From assembly GCA_044339595.1 (NCBI GenBank), contig JBIIVF010000001.1, forward strand, positions 3,541 to 67,540: 64,000 nucleotides of DNA. Direction: 5' to 3'. Each line of letters starts with the position of its first letter. The first letter of the stretch is position 1. Position numbers and translations under genes: made by a program. The stretch is from Bacteroidia bacterium (GTDB lineage: Bacteria > Bacteroidota > Bacteroidia > NS11-12g > UBA9320). Under the pieces are notes generated by a model. The model had not been told where the DNA came from. It saw nothing but the letters and a program-made list of their open reading frames with translations, and searched no databases. Positions 46,472-58,101 of the stretch are shown here, in pieces.

Positions 46472-49400
46472 ATGAAAGATCTATTTTCCGTTTTCCCTTT
46501 TCAGGATAAAAGTGATTGGACCGAGCTCGTTAAAAAGGATTTGAAGGAAGGTGAATTTCAGCATAAATTCATTCGACAAACTGAAGGTTTTTTGACGGAA
46601 GCACTGAATGTTGAAAACGAAATAGACGGGCAGACTCGAAATTTAAAAACTTATGCCGGATGGCAATCTCCCTCTGCGTTAACCATTACTGCAACCAACT
46701 ATGTTGATTGCCTAAAAATATTACCTCATTTGTTTCAATACGGTGCCGATGGATGCTTTATTGAAATTGCAGACACACAACTTTCAGAAGTGCAGAAACT
46801 CGATTTACTTCGACATGCAACGCCGAATTTCCCGATTTATATCATCGATGAACAGGACCGTTTGGAAAGTTGGTATTATCAATGGGTTGCTGCCTATACT
46901 GAGAGAGGCTTAACTATTTCGGATATCCGAGGTGGATTGCTTTCAAAGGAAGTAAATCAGGATTTAAGTTCTTTTCAAGCCATGATCGATCTGTGCAAAG
47001 GAAGTCCTGAACTCAAATTGATTCGCATCTTTTACCAAAAAAAGGAAGGTTCAACCCCCATGCTTCTGCAATTGAAGGAAATTTTGGAGCATTGGAAGTC
47101 AATGGTCCAACAAATAAAATTGGATTTACAAGATACATTGTCCTCAAAAACGCTGATCATAATGGATTGTAGTCAGCAGTATTTTGAACAAATCGCTCAA
47201 TTTCGGGCTTTGCGTATCCTCTTAGAATCTGTACAACCTCAGATTCCGCAACTCGTTGGATGGTGTTATACCCCTACTGACAATCCAAAGGATTTTGACC
47301 GCTTGGTTCGCGATACCCTAAAAACCATGAGTGGTGTTAAAGGGGGCGCTGACCTGATGGTTACTCATCCTGTTTTTGCCGATGCCGATTGGTGCCGATG
47401 GGCTACAAACATCCATCATTTGCTTCGCGAAGAAGGAAAATTCGAGAAGTATGCCGATATAGTTGCAGGTAGTTATACCGTAGAAGCCTTGACTCTCAGA
47501 ATGGTAGAATCAGTATTAGGACATAAGGTATCTTCAACAACAAACGCCGATAAGAATGAAACACTGAACAACTCAATTGCGACTTGGCCTTGTCCTGAAG
47601 GATTTGACATTCCAAATTTATTAGAAAATAAAAAAGAAGCGCATGTAAAGTACTTGCCCGGCATTTCTCCTTATTTAAGAGGCCCCTATGCATCGATGTA
47701 TGTAATTCGGCCATGGACCATTCGTCAGTACGCAGGATTTTCTACTGCAGAAGCATCCAACGCATTTTACAGAAGGAATCTGGCTGGAGGCCAAAAAGGT
47801 TTATCGGTAGCCTTTGATCTAGCCACCCATCGGGGATATGACTCTGACCATCCGAGGGTTAGTGGAGATGTAGGGATGGCCGGCGTAGCCATTGACAGCA
47901 TTGAAGACATGAAGCTTTTGTTCGATGAAATTCCTTTGAATGAAATGTCGGTTTCGATGACCATGAATGGCGCTGTAATTCCCATTTTAGCCTTTTATAT
48001 TGCCGCTGCACAGGAACAAGGAGTTGCATTGAAGGATTTGAGCGGCACTATACAAAATGATATTCTCAAAGAATTCATGGTGAGAAACACGTACATCTAT
48101 CCACCTTCACCTAGCATGCGCATCGTCAGTGATATTTTTAGCTTCACTTCGAAGCAGATGCCAAAGTTCAATTCAATCAGCATCAGTGGATATCACATGC
48201 ATGAGGCCGGTGCGAGTGCAGACATCGAATTGGCTTATACCCTGGCAGATGGCATGGAATACGTGAGGACCGGCATGGCCGCCGGGCTCGATATAGATCA
48301 ATTTGCACCGCGCCTTTCATTTTTTTGGGCAATCGGGATGAACCACGCCATGGAAATTGCCAAAATGCGCGCAGGAAGAGTATTATGGTCGTATATCATG
48401 CGAAAAATGGGTGCTAAGGATGATAAATCTCTTGCCTTAAGAACCCATTGTCAGACCAGCGGATGGAGTCTAACCGAACAAGATCCATTTAACAACGTAA
48501 TCAGAACTACCCTTGAAGCCATGGCGTCTGTCTTAGGGGGAACTCAAAGTTTACACACCAATGCTTTGGATGAAGCCATTGCTTTGCCTACCGATTTTTC
48601 TGCGGCGATAGCCAGAAATACCCAAATTATTATTCAAAAAGAAACCGGCATTACCCAATACATCGACCCTATGGGAGGAAGCCGATATATTGAATATTTG
48701 ACGGCTCAATTAATGGAACGTGCCTGGAATTTGATAGAAGAAATCGAATCCTTGGGTGGTATGACCAAAGCGATTGAAATGGGCGTTCCTAAAAGAAAAA
48801 TTGAAGAAGCTTCGGCCAGAAAGCAAGCCCGAATAGACAACGGGAATGAAGTGATTGTCGGGGTCAATAAATACCGGACCGACAGCAATACTGTTTTGAA
48901 TATTCTCGAAATAGACAATACCGAAGTGCGGAATGCTCAAATTCTGAAACTCAAGCGAATCAAAGAGAGCCGCAATCAGATAAAGGTAAATTCATTGCTT
49001 GCTCAACTCGAAGCCGCTGCCCAAAATACGGACCAAAATCTATTGGAAATTGCCATAGAAGCAGCCAAAGAAAGGGCCACTTTGGGCGAAATTTCGATGG
49101 CACTCGAAAATGTATTTGGTCGATATAAAGCCAATACACAATCTGTTTCGGGTGTATATTTGTCTGAAATGAAGCAGGATCCCTTTTTCGGAGAAGCAAG
49201 AAAGCGAACCGCACTCTTTGAAACGCGTCAGGGCAGAAGACCCAGAATTCTGGTGGCGAAAATGGGACAGGATGGTCATGACCGAGGCGCACGTATCATT
49301 GCCACAAGTTTTGCCGATATTGGGTTTGATGTAGACATTGGACCATTATTCCAAACCCCGGAAGAAGTAGCCCGACAAGCCATAGAGAACGACGTACATG

Positions 49401-49630
49401 TGCTTGGAATTAGCAGTCTTGCCGGAGGGCACCGCACCCTGGTACCAGAAGTTATCGATGCATTAAGGACACAAGGAAGAAGTGATATTCTTGTTATTGC
49501 AGGAGGTGTAATTCCACAACAAGACTATGATTCCTTAAAGAAATCAGGTGTAGCCGCCATTTTTGGACCTGGAACTGTGATCAGCAAAGCCGCCATAGAA
49601 ATCATGGACATGCTTCCCGACCGGGCTTAG
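46472..49630 (+). CDS. Methylmalonyl-CoA mutase, a long form of 1053 aa. It comprises an N-terminal extension of about 340 aa, the substrate-binding barrel and a C-terminal B12-binding domain.
   Basis: Residues from about 360 to the end align with the E. coli Sbm/MutB pattern ([50 protein letters not shown]...). The C-terminus carries the DxHxxG B12 motif ([16 protein letters not shown]). The first 340 aa have only a mutase-like N-terminus ([14 protein letters not shown]...TEGF) and no B12 domain. Confidence 0.8.
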   Translation: MKDLFSVFPFQDKSDWTELVKKDLKEGEFQHKFIRQTEGFLTEALNVENEIDGQTRNLKTYAGWQSPSALTITATNYVDCLKILPHLFQYGADGCFIEIADTQLSEVQKLDLLRHATPNFPIYIIDEQDRLESWYYQWVAAYTERGLTISDIRGGLLSKEVNQDLSSFQAMIDLCKGSPELKLIRIFYQKKEGSTPMLLQLKEILEHWKSMVQQIKLDLQDTLSSKTLIIMDCSQQYFEQIAQFRALRILLESVQPQIPQLVGWCYTPTDNPKDFDRLVRDTLKTMSGVKGGADLMVTHPVFADADWCRWATNIHHLLREEGKFEKYADIVAGSYTVEALTLRMVESVLGHKVSSTTNADKNETLNNSIATWPCPEGFDIPNLLENKKEAHVKYLPGISPYLRGPYASMYVIRPWTIRQYAGFSTAEASNAFYRRNLAGGQKGLSVAFDLATHRGYDSDHPRVSGDVGMAGVAIDSIEDMKLLFDEIPLNEMSVSMTMNGAVIPILAFYIAAAQEQGVALKDLSGTIQNDILKEFMVRNTYIYPPSPSMRIVSDIFSFTSKQMPKFNSISISGYHMHEAGASADIELAYTLADGMEYVRTGMAAGLDIDQFAPRLSFFWAIGMNHAMEIAKMRAGRVLWSYIMRKMGAKDDKSLALRTHCQTSGWSLTEQDPFNNVIRTTLEAMASVLGGTQSLHTNALDEAIALPTDFSAAIARNTQIIIQKETGITQYIDPMGGSRYIEYLTAQLMERAWNLIEEIESLGGMTKAIEMGVPKRKIEEASARKQARIDNGNEVIVGVNKYRTDSNTVLNILEIDNTEVRNAQILKLKRIKESRNQIKVNSLLAQLEAAAQNTDQNLLEIAIEAAKERATLGEISMALENVFGRYKANTQSVSGVYLSEMKQDPFFGEARKRTALFETRQGRRPRILVAKMGQDGHDRGARIIATSFADIGFDVDIGPLFQTPEEVARQAIENDVHVLGISSLAGGHRTLVPEVIDALRTQGRSDILVIAGGVIPQQDYDSLKKSGVAAIFGPGTVISKAAIEIMDMLPDRA

Positions 49631-51840
49631 TTTTCGAGATAGGCAGGGAGAGTCGCTTCGTAGTGTGATCTAAAATCTTTCACGCTACCAAAGCTTTCTC
49701 CATCCACGGTAACTTGAGTTCCCTTCACCGAACCTATCCAAACATGTGGAATATTCTGATTTTTCAAGTATTCTGTAATACTTTGTTTTTGACTTTCGGC
49801 GGCAGAAATAATGACTCTACTTTGACCCTCTCCAAAAAGGAAAGCATCCTTGCGAACCTCTTTAACCGATGAAATATCAAAACCTTTTCCGGATTGAAGC
49901 GCGCTTTCAAGTAAGCTAATAAAGACCCCGCCTTCGGAAATATCATGACAAGAGGACACCCAACCTTGGCGAATCAAGTGCTTCACGGATTGCTGCACTT
50001 TGTATTCAGTATCAAGATCAAATTCCGGACATTGTGAATGATCAATTCCGAGGTACTTAGCCAAATATTGAGAACTACCCAAATCATTGGTCACAGGCCC
50101 TATGAGAAGAATGGCATCTCCTTCATTTTTAAAAGCAATGTTTGTAATATGAGACTGTTTTTCAATAATCCCCACCATTCCGATGGTCGGTGTTGGAAAT
50201 ACTGCAGTTCCGTCACCACTTTGGTTATAAAAACTTACGTTTCCGCCGGTAACCGGTGTGCCAAATTTTTCACAGGCTGCTTTCATCCCCATTATGGCAT
50301 TCGTAAATTGCCAGTATACCCCTTTATCGTAGGGATTGCCAAAATTAAGGCAGTTGGTAATCGCACAAGGTTCTCCACCTGAGCAAATGATGTTACGGGC
50401 TGCCTCTGAAACCGCTATAGCAGTTCCCTTTTCCGGATCTGCATAAATATATCGTGAATTACAATCTACGGTCAGTGCCAAAGACTTTTCACTTCCTTTA
50501 ATTCGCACAATAGATGCATCTGAAGGACGATTGGTGCTCTGATTTACCGTTCCCACCATAGAATCATATTGGTTATAAACCCATTTTCTGGAGGCGATAT
50601 TAGGAAGTGCAGTGATGAAATAAGCAATATCTTTAAAATCGGTAGGTATCGAAAGGGTGTTCTGTTGAAACGCTTCAATTTTGTCTTGATAGGCGGGTCT
50701 TTCAAATTCACGGTGATAAATTGGAGCTCCACCCCCCAAAACCAATGATTCGGCAGGAATATCTGCTTCTAACTTATCATGCATGAAATATCTTACACGT
50801 CCACTATCTGTGATGGTTCCGATAGGCGCATAGAGTAAATCCCACTTTTCGAGAACTCGTTCAATTTCGGATTCTTTTCCTTTTTCAATTACCACCAACA
50901 TGCGTTCTTGTGATTCAGAAAGAAGAATTTCCCAGGCCTTCATATCCGCTTGACGCAATGGTACTTTATCGAGCTGAATATCCATTCCGGTGCCGCTTTT
51001 GGCACTCATTTCTGAGGTTGAGCAGGTGATCCCGGCGGCGCCCATGTCTTGCATACCAATGACTGCCCCGGTTTCAATGATTTCCATAGAAGCCTCCAGA
51101 ATTAGTTTTTCCCAAAAGGGGTCACCTACCTGCACAGCAGGAAGATCTTTAACTGAATCTTCACTGATATCTTTGGAGGCAAATGCGGCTCCATGGATCC
51201 CATCTTTACCCGTTCTGCTTCCGAAGATATATACAGGATTACCGACTCCCTCAGCGATGGCTGAAACGGTTTTGCCAACTTCTACCAAACCAACACTCAT
51301 GGCGTTTACTAAAATGTTGGTTTCATAACAAGGATCGAAATACACTTCTCCTCCTACTGTAGGAATTCCGAAAGAGTTACCATAATCGCCAATTCCTTTT
51401 ACAACTCCTTTTACGAGCCATTTGGTTCGATCGGTATCAATGCTTCCAAACCTTAGCGAGTTCAGTTGAGCGATGGGTCTTGCTCCCATAGAAAATATAT
51501 CGCGGTTGATGCCCCCTACCCCGGTCGCTGCACCCTGATAAGGCTCAATAGCACTCGGGTGATTATGGCTTTCGATTTTAAAGCAACATGCCAATCCATC
51601 TCCAATATCTACCAAACCGGCATTCTCTTCTCCCGCCTTGGCCAACATAGCAGGACCTTCCTTTGGAAGTTTCTTTAACCAGACAATGGAGTTTTTATAG
51701 GAACAATGTTCACTCCACATCACAGAATAGATGCTCAATTCCGTAAAATTGGGTACACGTCCTAAAATTTCACAAATTTTGTCGTATTCTTCCGGTAAGA
51801 GGCCCAATTGACGGGCGGTTTCTAGATTTGATACTTCCAT
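49627..51840 (-). CDS. purL: Phosphoribosylformylglycinamidine synthase subunit PurL
   Basis: The product is 737 aa and contains [16 protein letters not shown] and tandem AIRS domains. Confidence 0.9.
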   Translation of the reverse strand: MEVSNLETARQLGLLPEEYDKICEILGRVPNFTELSIYSVMWSEHCSYKNSIVWLKKLPKEGPAMLAKAGEENAGLVDIGDGLACCFKIESHNHPSAIEPYQGAATGVGGINRDIFSMGARPIAQLNSLRFGSIDTDRTKWLVKGVVKGIGDYGNSFGIPTVGGEVYFDPCYETNILVNAMSVGLVEVGKTVSAIAEGVGNPVYIFGSRTGKDGIHGAAFASKDISEDSVKDLPAVQVGDPFWEKLILEASMEIIETGAVIGMQDMGAAGITCSTSEMSAKSGTGMDIQLDKVPLRQADMKAWEILLSESQERMLVVIEKGKESEIERVLEKWDLLYAPIGTITDSGRVRYFMHDKLEADIPAESLVLGGGAPIYHREFERPAYQDKIEAFQQNTLSIPTDFKDIAYFITALPNIASRKWVYNQYDSMVGTVNQSTNRPSDASIVRIKGSEKSLALTVDCNSRYIYADPEKGTAIAVSEAARNIICSGGEPCAITNCLNFGNPYDKGVYWQFTNAIMGMKAACEKFGTPVTGGNVSFYNQSGDGTAVFPTPTIGMVGIIEKQSHITNIAFKNEGDAILLIGPVTNDLGSSQYLAKYLGIDHSQCPEFDLDTEYKVQQSVKHLIRQGWVSSCHDISEGGVFISLLESALQSGKGFDISSVKEVRKDAFLFGEGQSRVIISAAESQKQSITEYLKNQNIPHVWIGSVKGTQVTVDGESFGSVKDFRSHYEATLPAYLEN

Positions 51841-51993
51841 GTTTTGGTAAATGATGACGCAAATTTAACCACAACAAAAAAGAAAATCGGGGTTTACGTT
51901 TAATAAATAGTAAACGAACAGCCCAAGTTTCTCCACAATGGTCGGAGGTTCTATCAACCTTCGTTGATATAACTGAAATGAATCTAGAAATAG

Positions 51994-53334
51994 TTATGCG
52001 TTAATATCGAATGACTCCATGAATTTGGTCGTGAAATTACCTTTTCTGAAGTCGGGATGTTGCATAATTTTCAAGTGCAGCGGAATGGTGGTTTTAAGGC
52101 CATCAATCACAAATTCATTGAGCGCTCTTTCCATTTTTACGATCACTTCTTCCCTTGTTTGAGCTGCCACGATCAATTTAGCGATCATGCTGTCATAATT
52201 AGGGGGAATGGTGTATCCGGCATAAATGTGCGTGTCTACTCTTACTCCGTGACCTCCCGGTTTATGCAAATGGGTGATTTTACCGGGGCAAGGCATGAAA
52301 TTATTGAATGGATCTTCCGCATTGATTCTGCATTCCATTGAATGTTTCAAGGGGAAATAATTCTTACCACTTATGGGCACGCCGGCAGCAAGGAGTATTT
52401 GTTCTTTAATAAGGTCGAAATTAATGACTTCTTCTGTAACCGGGTGTTCAACCTGGATACGAGTGTTCATTTCCATAAAGTAGAAATTCCGGTGTTTATC
52501 TACCAAGAATTCTACCGTTCCAACCCCTTCGTATTTAATACTGGTTGCAGCAGCAATGGCTGCTTCTCCCATGCGATTCCTCAAATCATCCGTCATAAAA
52601 GGTGAAGGCGATTCTTCGATCAATTTTTGATGTCTGCGTTGAATCGAACAATCTCTTTCGCTGAGGTGACAAGCTTTACCATATTGATCACCGGCAATCT
52701 GAATTTCGATATGGCGTGGTTCTTCGATATACTTTTCGAGATACATGCCATCATTGCCAAAAGCAGCTTTGGCTTCCTGGCGAGCTGAATTCCATGCGGC
52801 TTCAAAATCTTCCGATTTCCATACGATGCGCATTCCCCGTCCCCCACCACCTGCAGTGGCTTTCAAGATGATTGGATATTTGATTTCTTCGGCGAGCACG
52901 ATACCTTCTTCTAAAGATTTCAGCAATCCTTCAGAACCCGGAATGGTAGGCACCCCGGCTTTTTTCATGGTTTCTTTAGCGTTGGATTTATCTCCCATGG
53001 AATGAATCATTTCAGGGGAGGCTCCAATAAATTTAATTCCGTGATCACGGCATAGGCCTGAAAACTTTTCGTTTTCAGATAAAAAACCATAACCCGGATG
53101 AACGGCATCAGCATTGGTTATTTCAGCCGCTGCCAAAATGCTGGGCATGTTTAGATATGACTGCGCACTTGGAGGTGGGCCAATACAAACAGCTTCATCG
53201 GCAAAGCGCACGTGTAAACTTTCCTTATCTGCAGTGGAATATACAGCCACTGTTTTGATGCCCATTTCTTTGCAGGTTCTGATAATGCGCAATGCAATCT
53301 CCCCGCGATTAGCAATCAGTATCTTCTTAAACAT
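51994..53334 (-). CDS. accC: Acetyl-CoA carboxylase, biotin carboxylase subunit
   Basis: The product has an ATP-grasp fold and begins [33 protein letters not shown]. Confidence 0.9.
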   Translation of the reverse strand: MFKKILIANRGEIALRIIRTCKEMGIKTVAVYSTADKESLHVRFADEAVCIGPPPSAQSYLNMPSILAAAEITNADAVHPGYGFLSENEKFSGLCRDHGIKFIGASPEMIHSMGDKSNAKETMKKAGVPTIPGSEGLLKSLEEGIVLAEEIKYPIILKATAGGGGRGMRIVWKSEDFEAAWNSARQEAKAAFGNDGMYLEKYIEEPRHIEIQIAGDQYGKACHLSERDCSIQRRHQKLIEESPSPFMTDDLRNRMGEAAIAAATSIKYEGVGTVEFLVDKHRNFYFMEMNTRIQVEHPVTEEVINFDLIKEQILLAAGVPISGKNYFPLKHSMECRINAEDPFNNFMPCPGKITHLHKPGGHGVRVDTHIYAGYTIPPNYDSMIAKLIVAAQTREEVIVKMERALNEFVIDGLKTTIPLHLKIMQHPDFRKGNFTTKFMESFDINA

Positions 53335-53347
53335 ATCTGATTCCTTT

Positions 53348-53818
53348 CTAAATTTCTACCAGAAACAGCGGCTGGTCATATTCTACCGGTGTAGCGTCGT
53401 CAACAAGAACTTTAACAATCTTACCACTAATCTCTGACTCAATTTCATTGAACAACTTCATGGCTTCAACAATGCAAAGAACTTGTCCAACTTCGATGGT
53501 ATCTCCAACATTGACGAAAGAAGGCTTATCCGGTGATGATGAACGATAAAATGTGCCAATCATTGGCGATTTTATTTCCTTAAGATTTGAAGCAGGCGCC
53601 GCAATAGGTGCCGGAGCTACCGCAATTTCAGCAACGGGTGCTGCTGCAGGTGCAGGTGCTGCTGAAACCTGCTGAGGGGCTGCTGCCACTGCCACCACTT
53701 CAGTGATTTTTCCTGTTTTTTTAATTGAAAGTTTGAAATCCTTTCTTTCGATGCTAACTTCGTCTACACCTGAAGCGGAAACGAATCTTATCAGACTTTG
53801 AATGTCCTTTAATTCCAT
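53348..53818 (-). CDS. accB: Biotin carboxyl carrier protein
   Basis: An Ala/Pro-rich linker is followed by a C-terminal biotinyl domain carrying the EAMKL motif. Confidence 0.85.
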   Translation of the reverse strand: MELKDIQSLIRFVSASGVDEVSIERKDFKLSIKKTGKITEVVAVAAAPQQVSAAPAPAAAPVAEIAVAPAPIAAPASNLKEIKSPMIGTFYRSSSPDKPSFVNVGDTIEVGQVLCIVEAMKLFNEIESEISGKIVKVLVDDATPVEYDQPLFLVEI

Positions 53819-53860
53819 AATTTTAAGATTAATTCAGACTACAAGAATATGAAAATACTT

Positions 53861-54856
53861 TTAAGAATTGTATGCCCATTTCAAATATATAGCACCCCAG
53901 GTGAATCCACCACCAAAAGTTGCAAAAATTAGGGTGTCTCCTTTTTTAAATTTCTTCTCAAAATCCCACAGTAACAAGGGCAAAGTACCATTGGTCGTAT
54001 TGCCATATTTCTCAATATTGATTAATACTTTATCCTGCTCTATTCCCATTCGGTCTGCAGTAGCATCAATAATTCTTTTATTGGCCTGATGAGCAATTAA
54101 ATACGAAACGTCATTGGAGGTGAGATTATTTCTGAGCATGATCTGATGACTCACGTCTGCCATATTTGTTACGGCAAATTTAAATACAGATTTACCCTCC
54201 TGATAAACGTAATGCAATCTATTCTGCACCGTTTCTAAAGAAGGAGGCATCAATGAACCACCTGCCTTTTGATGCAGAAATTCACGTCCTGAGCCATCTG
54301 ATTTCAGGATACTATCGATTAAACCAAGACCTTCTTCATTGGGTTCGAGTAATATGCACCCTACACCATCTCCGAAAATTATACAAGTATTTCTGTCGGT
54401 GTAGTCAATAATAGCTGACATTTTATCACCGCCCACGACCAAAACTTTTTTGTAGCGCCCAGATTCGATCAATGAAGCCCCGGTTTGCATGCCAAATAAA
54501 AATCCTGAACATGCCGCAGCCAGATCAAAACCCCAAGCATTTTTTGCACCGACTTTATCACAAAGGATGTTTGCCGTAGCCGGAAAAATCAAGTCACCTG
54601 TGATGGTGCAGCAAACGACCACATCAATTTCAAGCGCTGAAATTCCGCGTTTGGCCAATAATCCGTTTACGGCTTCCGCTGCCATATCAGACATGGCTTT
54701 GCCCGGTTCTCTGAGAATTCTTCGTTCTTTAATACCCGTTCTGGATTGAATCCATTCATCGGTGGTATCCACCATCTTCTCGAGGTCTTTGTTCGAAAGA
54801 ATGGTTTCAGGAACGTAACCGTTAACACAAGTGATTGCCGCCGTGATTTTACCCAT
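53861..54856 (-). CDS. fabH: 3-oxoacyl-ACP synthase III
   Basis: The sequences AAITCVNGYVPE...DEWIQSRTGIKERRI and the catalytic Cys in AACSGF are diagnostic. Confidence 0.9.
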   Translation of the reverse strand: MGKITAAITCVNGYVPETILSNKDLEKMVDTTDEWIQSRTGIKERRILREPGKAMSDMAAEAVNGLLAKRGISALEIDVVVCCTITGDLIFPATANILCDKVGAKNAWGFDLAAACSGFLFGMQTGASLIESGRYKKVLVVGGDKMSAIIDYTDRNTCIIFGDGVGCILLEPNEEGLGLIDSILKSDGSGREFLHQKAGGSLMPPSLETVQNRLHYVYQEGKSVFKFAVTNMADVSHQIMLRNNLTSNDVSYLIAHQANKRIIDATADRMGIEQDKVLINIEKYGNTTNGTLPLLLWDFEKKFKKGDTLIFATFGGGFTWGAIYLKWAYNS

Positions 54857-54891
54857 TTGAAATTTTTAAATTATGGCAAATATACCTTATT

Positions 54892-55827
54892 CTACAAGGA
54901 GGATTTAATTTTATCTACCAGACCTGAACTCACGACATCGCGAGCCAATCTGATCATATTTACAATTGTATTTGCCTTTGAAATGCCATGACCAATGATG
55001 ACCGGCTTATTGATTCCGAGAATCGGAGAGCCTCCATAATTGGTAAAATTGAATCGATCCAGATAATCGTCTTTAAGCCCTCTTTTCAGCAAATTATAGA
55101 AAAACCCTTCACAAGTTTTTAGCACCACATTGCCGGTGAATCCATCACAAACCACTACATCTGCCTTGTCGTTGAACAAATCCCTTCCTTCAACATTACC
55201 CACAAAATGAATATTTCTTAGATCTTCCAGCAGGTTGTACGTAGCCAGGGTGAGCAGATTGCCTTTTTCCTTTTCTTCTCCGATGCTCAGTAAGGCTACT
55301 TTTGGATTTTCAATTTTGAGCACATGCTGCGCATAGAGAGATCCCAGTACGGCAAACTGTTTGAGGGTTTCCGGCTTTACGTCAGCGTTGGCACCGACAT
55401 CCAGCATAACCCCGGTTGAGCCATCTATTTTAGGGAGAACAGTAGAGATAGAGGGTCTTTGAATGCCTTCAATGGCTCTGACAGAATAAAGGGATGAAAC
55501 CATCATGGCTCCGGTATTTCCTGCCCCTGCAAAAGCATCAATTTCTCCTTCACTCAGCATTTTTAATCCAATATTAATGCTGGAATGACGTTTTTGTGAT
55601 ACTGCTTTTGTCGGATGCTCGGCCATACCAATAACCTCAGGAGCATGCACAATATTAAATTTAATATTGCAATCGAGTTCTGATAAGGTTTGTTTCAATA
55701 GCGGTTCATCTCCAAAGAGAATTACTTCCACATTAGACAAATCACTCTCAGTAGCCGCCTGAATGGCACCTTTAATTACTTCGAGCGGTGCATAATCACC
55801 ACCCATTGCATCTAAACCGATTTTCAT
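54892..55827 (-). CDS. plsX: Phosphate acyltransferase PlsX
   Basis: The product begins MKIGLDAMGGDYAP. The start was set at the ATG at 55825-55827. Confidence 0.9.
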   Translation of the reverse strand: MKIGLDAMGGDYAPLEVIKGAIQAATESDLSNVEVILFGDEPLLKQTLSELDCNIKFNIVHAPEVIGMAEHPTKAVSQKRHSSINIGLKMLSEGEIDAFAGAGNTGAMMVSSLYSVRAIEGIQRPSISTVLPKIDGSTGVMLDVGANADVKPETLKQFAVLGSLYAQHVLKIENPKVALLSIGEEKEKGNLLTLATYNLLEDLRNIHFVGNVEGRDLFNDKADVVVCDGFTGNVVLKTCEGFFYNLLKRGLKDDYLDRFNFTNYGGSPILGINKPVIIGHGISKANTIVNMIRLARDVVSSGLVDKIKSSL

Positions 55828-55848
55828 CTGTTTACGATACAATCATGA

Positions 55849-56031
55849 CTAGTCATTTTTACCGGGCAATACTTTAATGCCGCGGTACATGCCGGTTTCG
55901 AGGTTGAGTTTGTGATACACACCAACATCTCCTGTTGCAGGATCGGTAAACAATTGCATGCTTCCCAATTTGTGGTGAGTTCTTCTCTTGTCTCTCCTGG
56001 TTTTCGAGGTTTTACGTTTCGGATGAGCCAT
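55849..56031 (-). CDS. rpmF: 50S ribosomal protein L32
   Basis: The sequence MAHPKRKTSKTRRDKRRTHHKL is diagnostic of L32. Confidence 0.9.
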   Translation of the reverse strand: MAHPKRKTSKTRRDKRRTHHKLGSMQLFTDPATGDVGVYHKLNLETGMYRGIKVLPGKND

Positions 56032-56551
56032 TTTTATCCTTATTAAATAGTACTTTCAATTTATCCCAGGTTCCGTCCTGGCCCGTATTATCTGTTTCTG
56101 ATGACTTCAAAAACGAAGTGATCGATTCATTGCATTGCTTGGGTTCTTTTAGCGAATTTTCGCAAAGTTTTCTCATCGGCAGATCTAACATCAAGAAATC
56201 ATAGATCAACTGATCAACCCATAATTCCTGTTCCTGAGGTGTTATATAAATCAAATCCGGTTCATCTTCTGCCGGTTGTGATTGTACTTTTACCTCAATG
56301 GTATTTGAACCTTTCACCGGGTATTTGATTTCATCGAGACAATTGTCGCAGTTTACCACCAAATATCCATCCCAGTTAAAATTGAGTTCAAACAAGTTTT
56401 CTGCTTTTTTGAAATCTAAAAGAACGTGAACATTCCCTTTTTCAATCAACCCGCCTTCCCGCTCTCTGAAAAATTCCTCATCGACCAGGAAATCGTAGTT
56501 GTGCGATCCTGAGGAAAGTTGAACAAATGGTATTTTAAATGTACGCTTCAC
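56012..56551 (-). CDS. yceD: YceD/DUF177 family protein, a large-subunit rRNA accumulation factor that is conventionally found upstream of rpmF
   Basis: The gene sits in the conserved position and carries the CDNCLDEI Cys motif. It overlaps rpmF by 20 nt. Confidence 0.75.
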   Translation of the reverse strand: MKRTFKIPFVQLSSGSHNYDFLVDEEFFREREGGLIEKGNVHVLLDFKKAENLFELNFNWDGYLVVNCDNCLDEIKYPVKGSNTIEVKVQSQPAEDEPDLIYITPQEQELWVDQLIYDFLMLDLPMRKLCENSLKEPKQCNESITSFLKSSETDNTGQDGTWDKLKVLFNKDKNGSSET

Positions 56552-56614
56552 TCCACAGACCCTAAAAAGGTCGGCAAAAATACAATATTTTATCTAAATG
56601 AAAAACAACTGACA

Positions 56615-57694
56615 TTATTTAAGTACCGGAATACCGATGCTGAATTTTTCTCTTCTGTGTTTGGTAAATGCCAATGGATTTTTCGTTAGTTCCATAAACT
56701 CGACACGCTTCTTGTAAATTTCATTGTTCAAAAAGATCGCATTTATGAATGACTCAGCGTTGGCAACTCCTTTACCGGCAATGTCATAAGCCGTCCCGTG
56801 ATCGGGTGAAGTTCGCACTGCAGGTAATCCTGCTGTATAATTAACGCCCGAAGAAAAAGCCATTTGTTTAAATGGGATAAGCCCTTGATCGTGATACATC
56901 GCTAGTACTGCATCAAACTTCTTATAGAGTCCATTCCCAAAAAAACCATCCGCCGGATAAGGACCCAAGGCCAAAATATCCATTTTTCTAGCCTCTTCTA
57001 TGGCAGGCATGATGATTTCAATTTCCTCTTTTCCGATAACTCCATTATCTCCTGAATGAGGATTTAAGCCTAAAACAGCAATTTTGGGGTTTGAAATTCC
57101 GAAATCCTGGATTAGAGATTCATTCAAAATGGACAGCTTTTCTAAAATCTTCTCTGTTTTTAATGCGCCCGCTACTTGTTGAATTGGAATATGTCCGGTA
57201 ACTAAACCAACTTTTAAATCCTCACTCACGAGCAACATCATAAACCTTTCCGTTTCAAAGGTGTTGGCTAAAAACTCAGTATGGCCCGCAAATTCAAATT
57301 CTTTGCTGTAGGTAGTATTTTTATCAATGGGCCCTGTTAACAGGTTATGAATTTCACCGTTCTTGATATCCTCAATGGCTGCATTCAATGCCTTTAAAGC
57401 ATAGTTACCTGCCTTCTGATCCGGTTTTCCCGGTTGAAAATCAAAGGCTTCTGCATGAATATTCTTTAGGTTTAATTTACCCGGTTCAAATTCCTTTGTA
57501 GAAGAGATTACTTTATATTGAAAATGATCCATGCCGAGTAAATTGGCATAGTGCCGAATCAATTCGGGATTGGCGTATAGCACAGGTAGGCAATGATTGA
57601 AGATAAGCGGATTGTCGAATGATTTTAAAATGAGCTCCATGCCAATCCCGTTCGGGTCACCCGGCGTAATTCCCAAAAATATCTTGTTTTTCAT
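56615..57694 (-). CDS. pdxA: 4-hydroxythreonine-4-phosphate dehydrogenase
   Basis: The sequences ITPGDPNGIG, GHTEFLA and a C-terminal SPDHGTAYDIAGKG are diagnostic. The ORF track begins 14 codons earlier, at 57736, so the true start is uncertain. Confidence 0.85.
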   Translation of the reverse strand: MKNKIFLGITPGDPNGIGMELILKSFDNPLIFNHCLPVLYANPELIRHYANLLGMDHFQYKVISSTKEFEPGKLNLKNIHAEAFDFQPGKPDQKAGNYALKALNAAIEDIKNGEIHNLLTGPIDKNTTYSKEFEFAGHTEFLANTFETERFMMLLVSEDLKVGLVTGHIPIQQVAGALKTEKILEKLSILNESLIQDFGISNPKIAVLGLNPHSGDNGVIGKEEIEIIMPAIEEARKMDILALGPYPADGFFGNGLYKKFDAVLAMYHDQGLIPFKQMAFSSGVNYTAGLPAVRTSPDHGTAYDIAGKGVANAESFINAIFLNNEIYKKRVEFMELTKNPLAFTKHRREKFSIGIPVLK

Positions 57695-58101
57695 ACCTGA
57701 GTACAAACCTAAGATTTTTTTGACTTGCATGGACATGTTGATTCTAAATTGAAAAAATAACTATGAAACCAGCCCAAAAGGTCACCGCCTCCTAACCTGC
57801 TAAACTGAGAATTAATGGGCTTCGGATCGTTAAATAATCAAAAAAATCGCCCCTCCTTTCAAGCAAATTATAGGCTAAAATTTCCCAAATACAGAAAACC
57901 ATCCAAACTCAAGACTTTGCTCTATTTTTTATACCCATCATTTACGAAAATAAATGAAAGCAAACTCGGCTAAAAATGTTGATTATAAGAAAAAAAAAAG
58001 CATATTGCGTGAATACACAAGCAAATCCATTATGGACATGACATTGCGATTGAATCCTACTTATTGTTCTTGGAACCTGAATTACCCAAACTGATCTTTC
58101 G

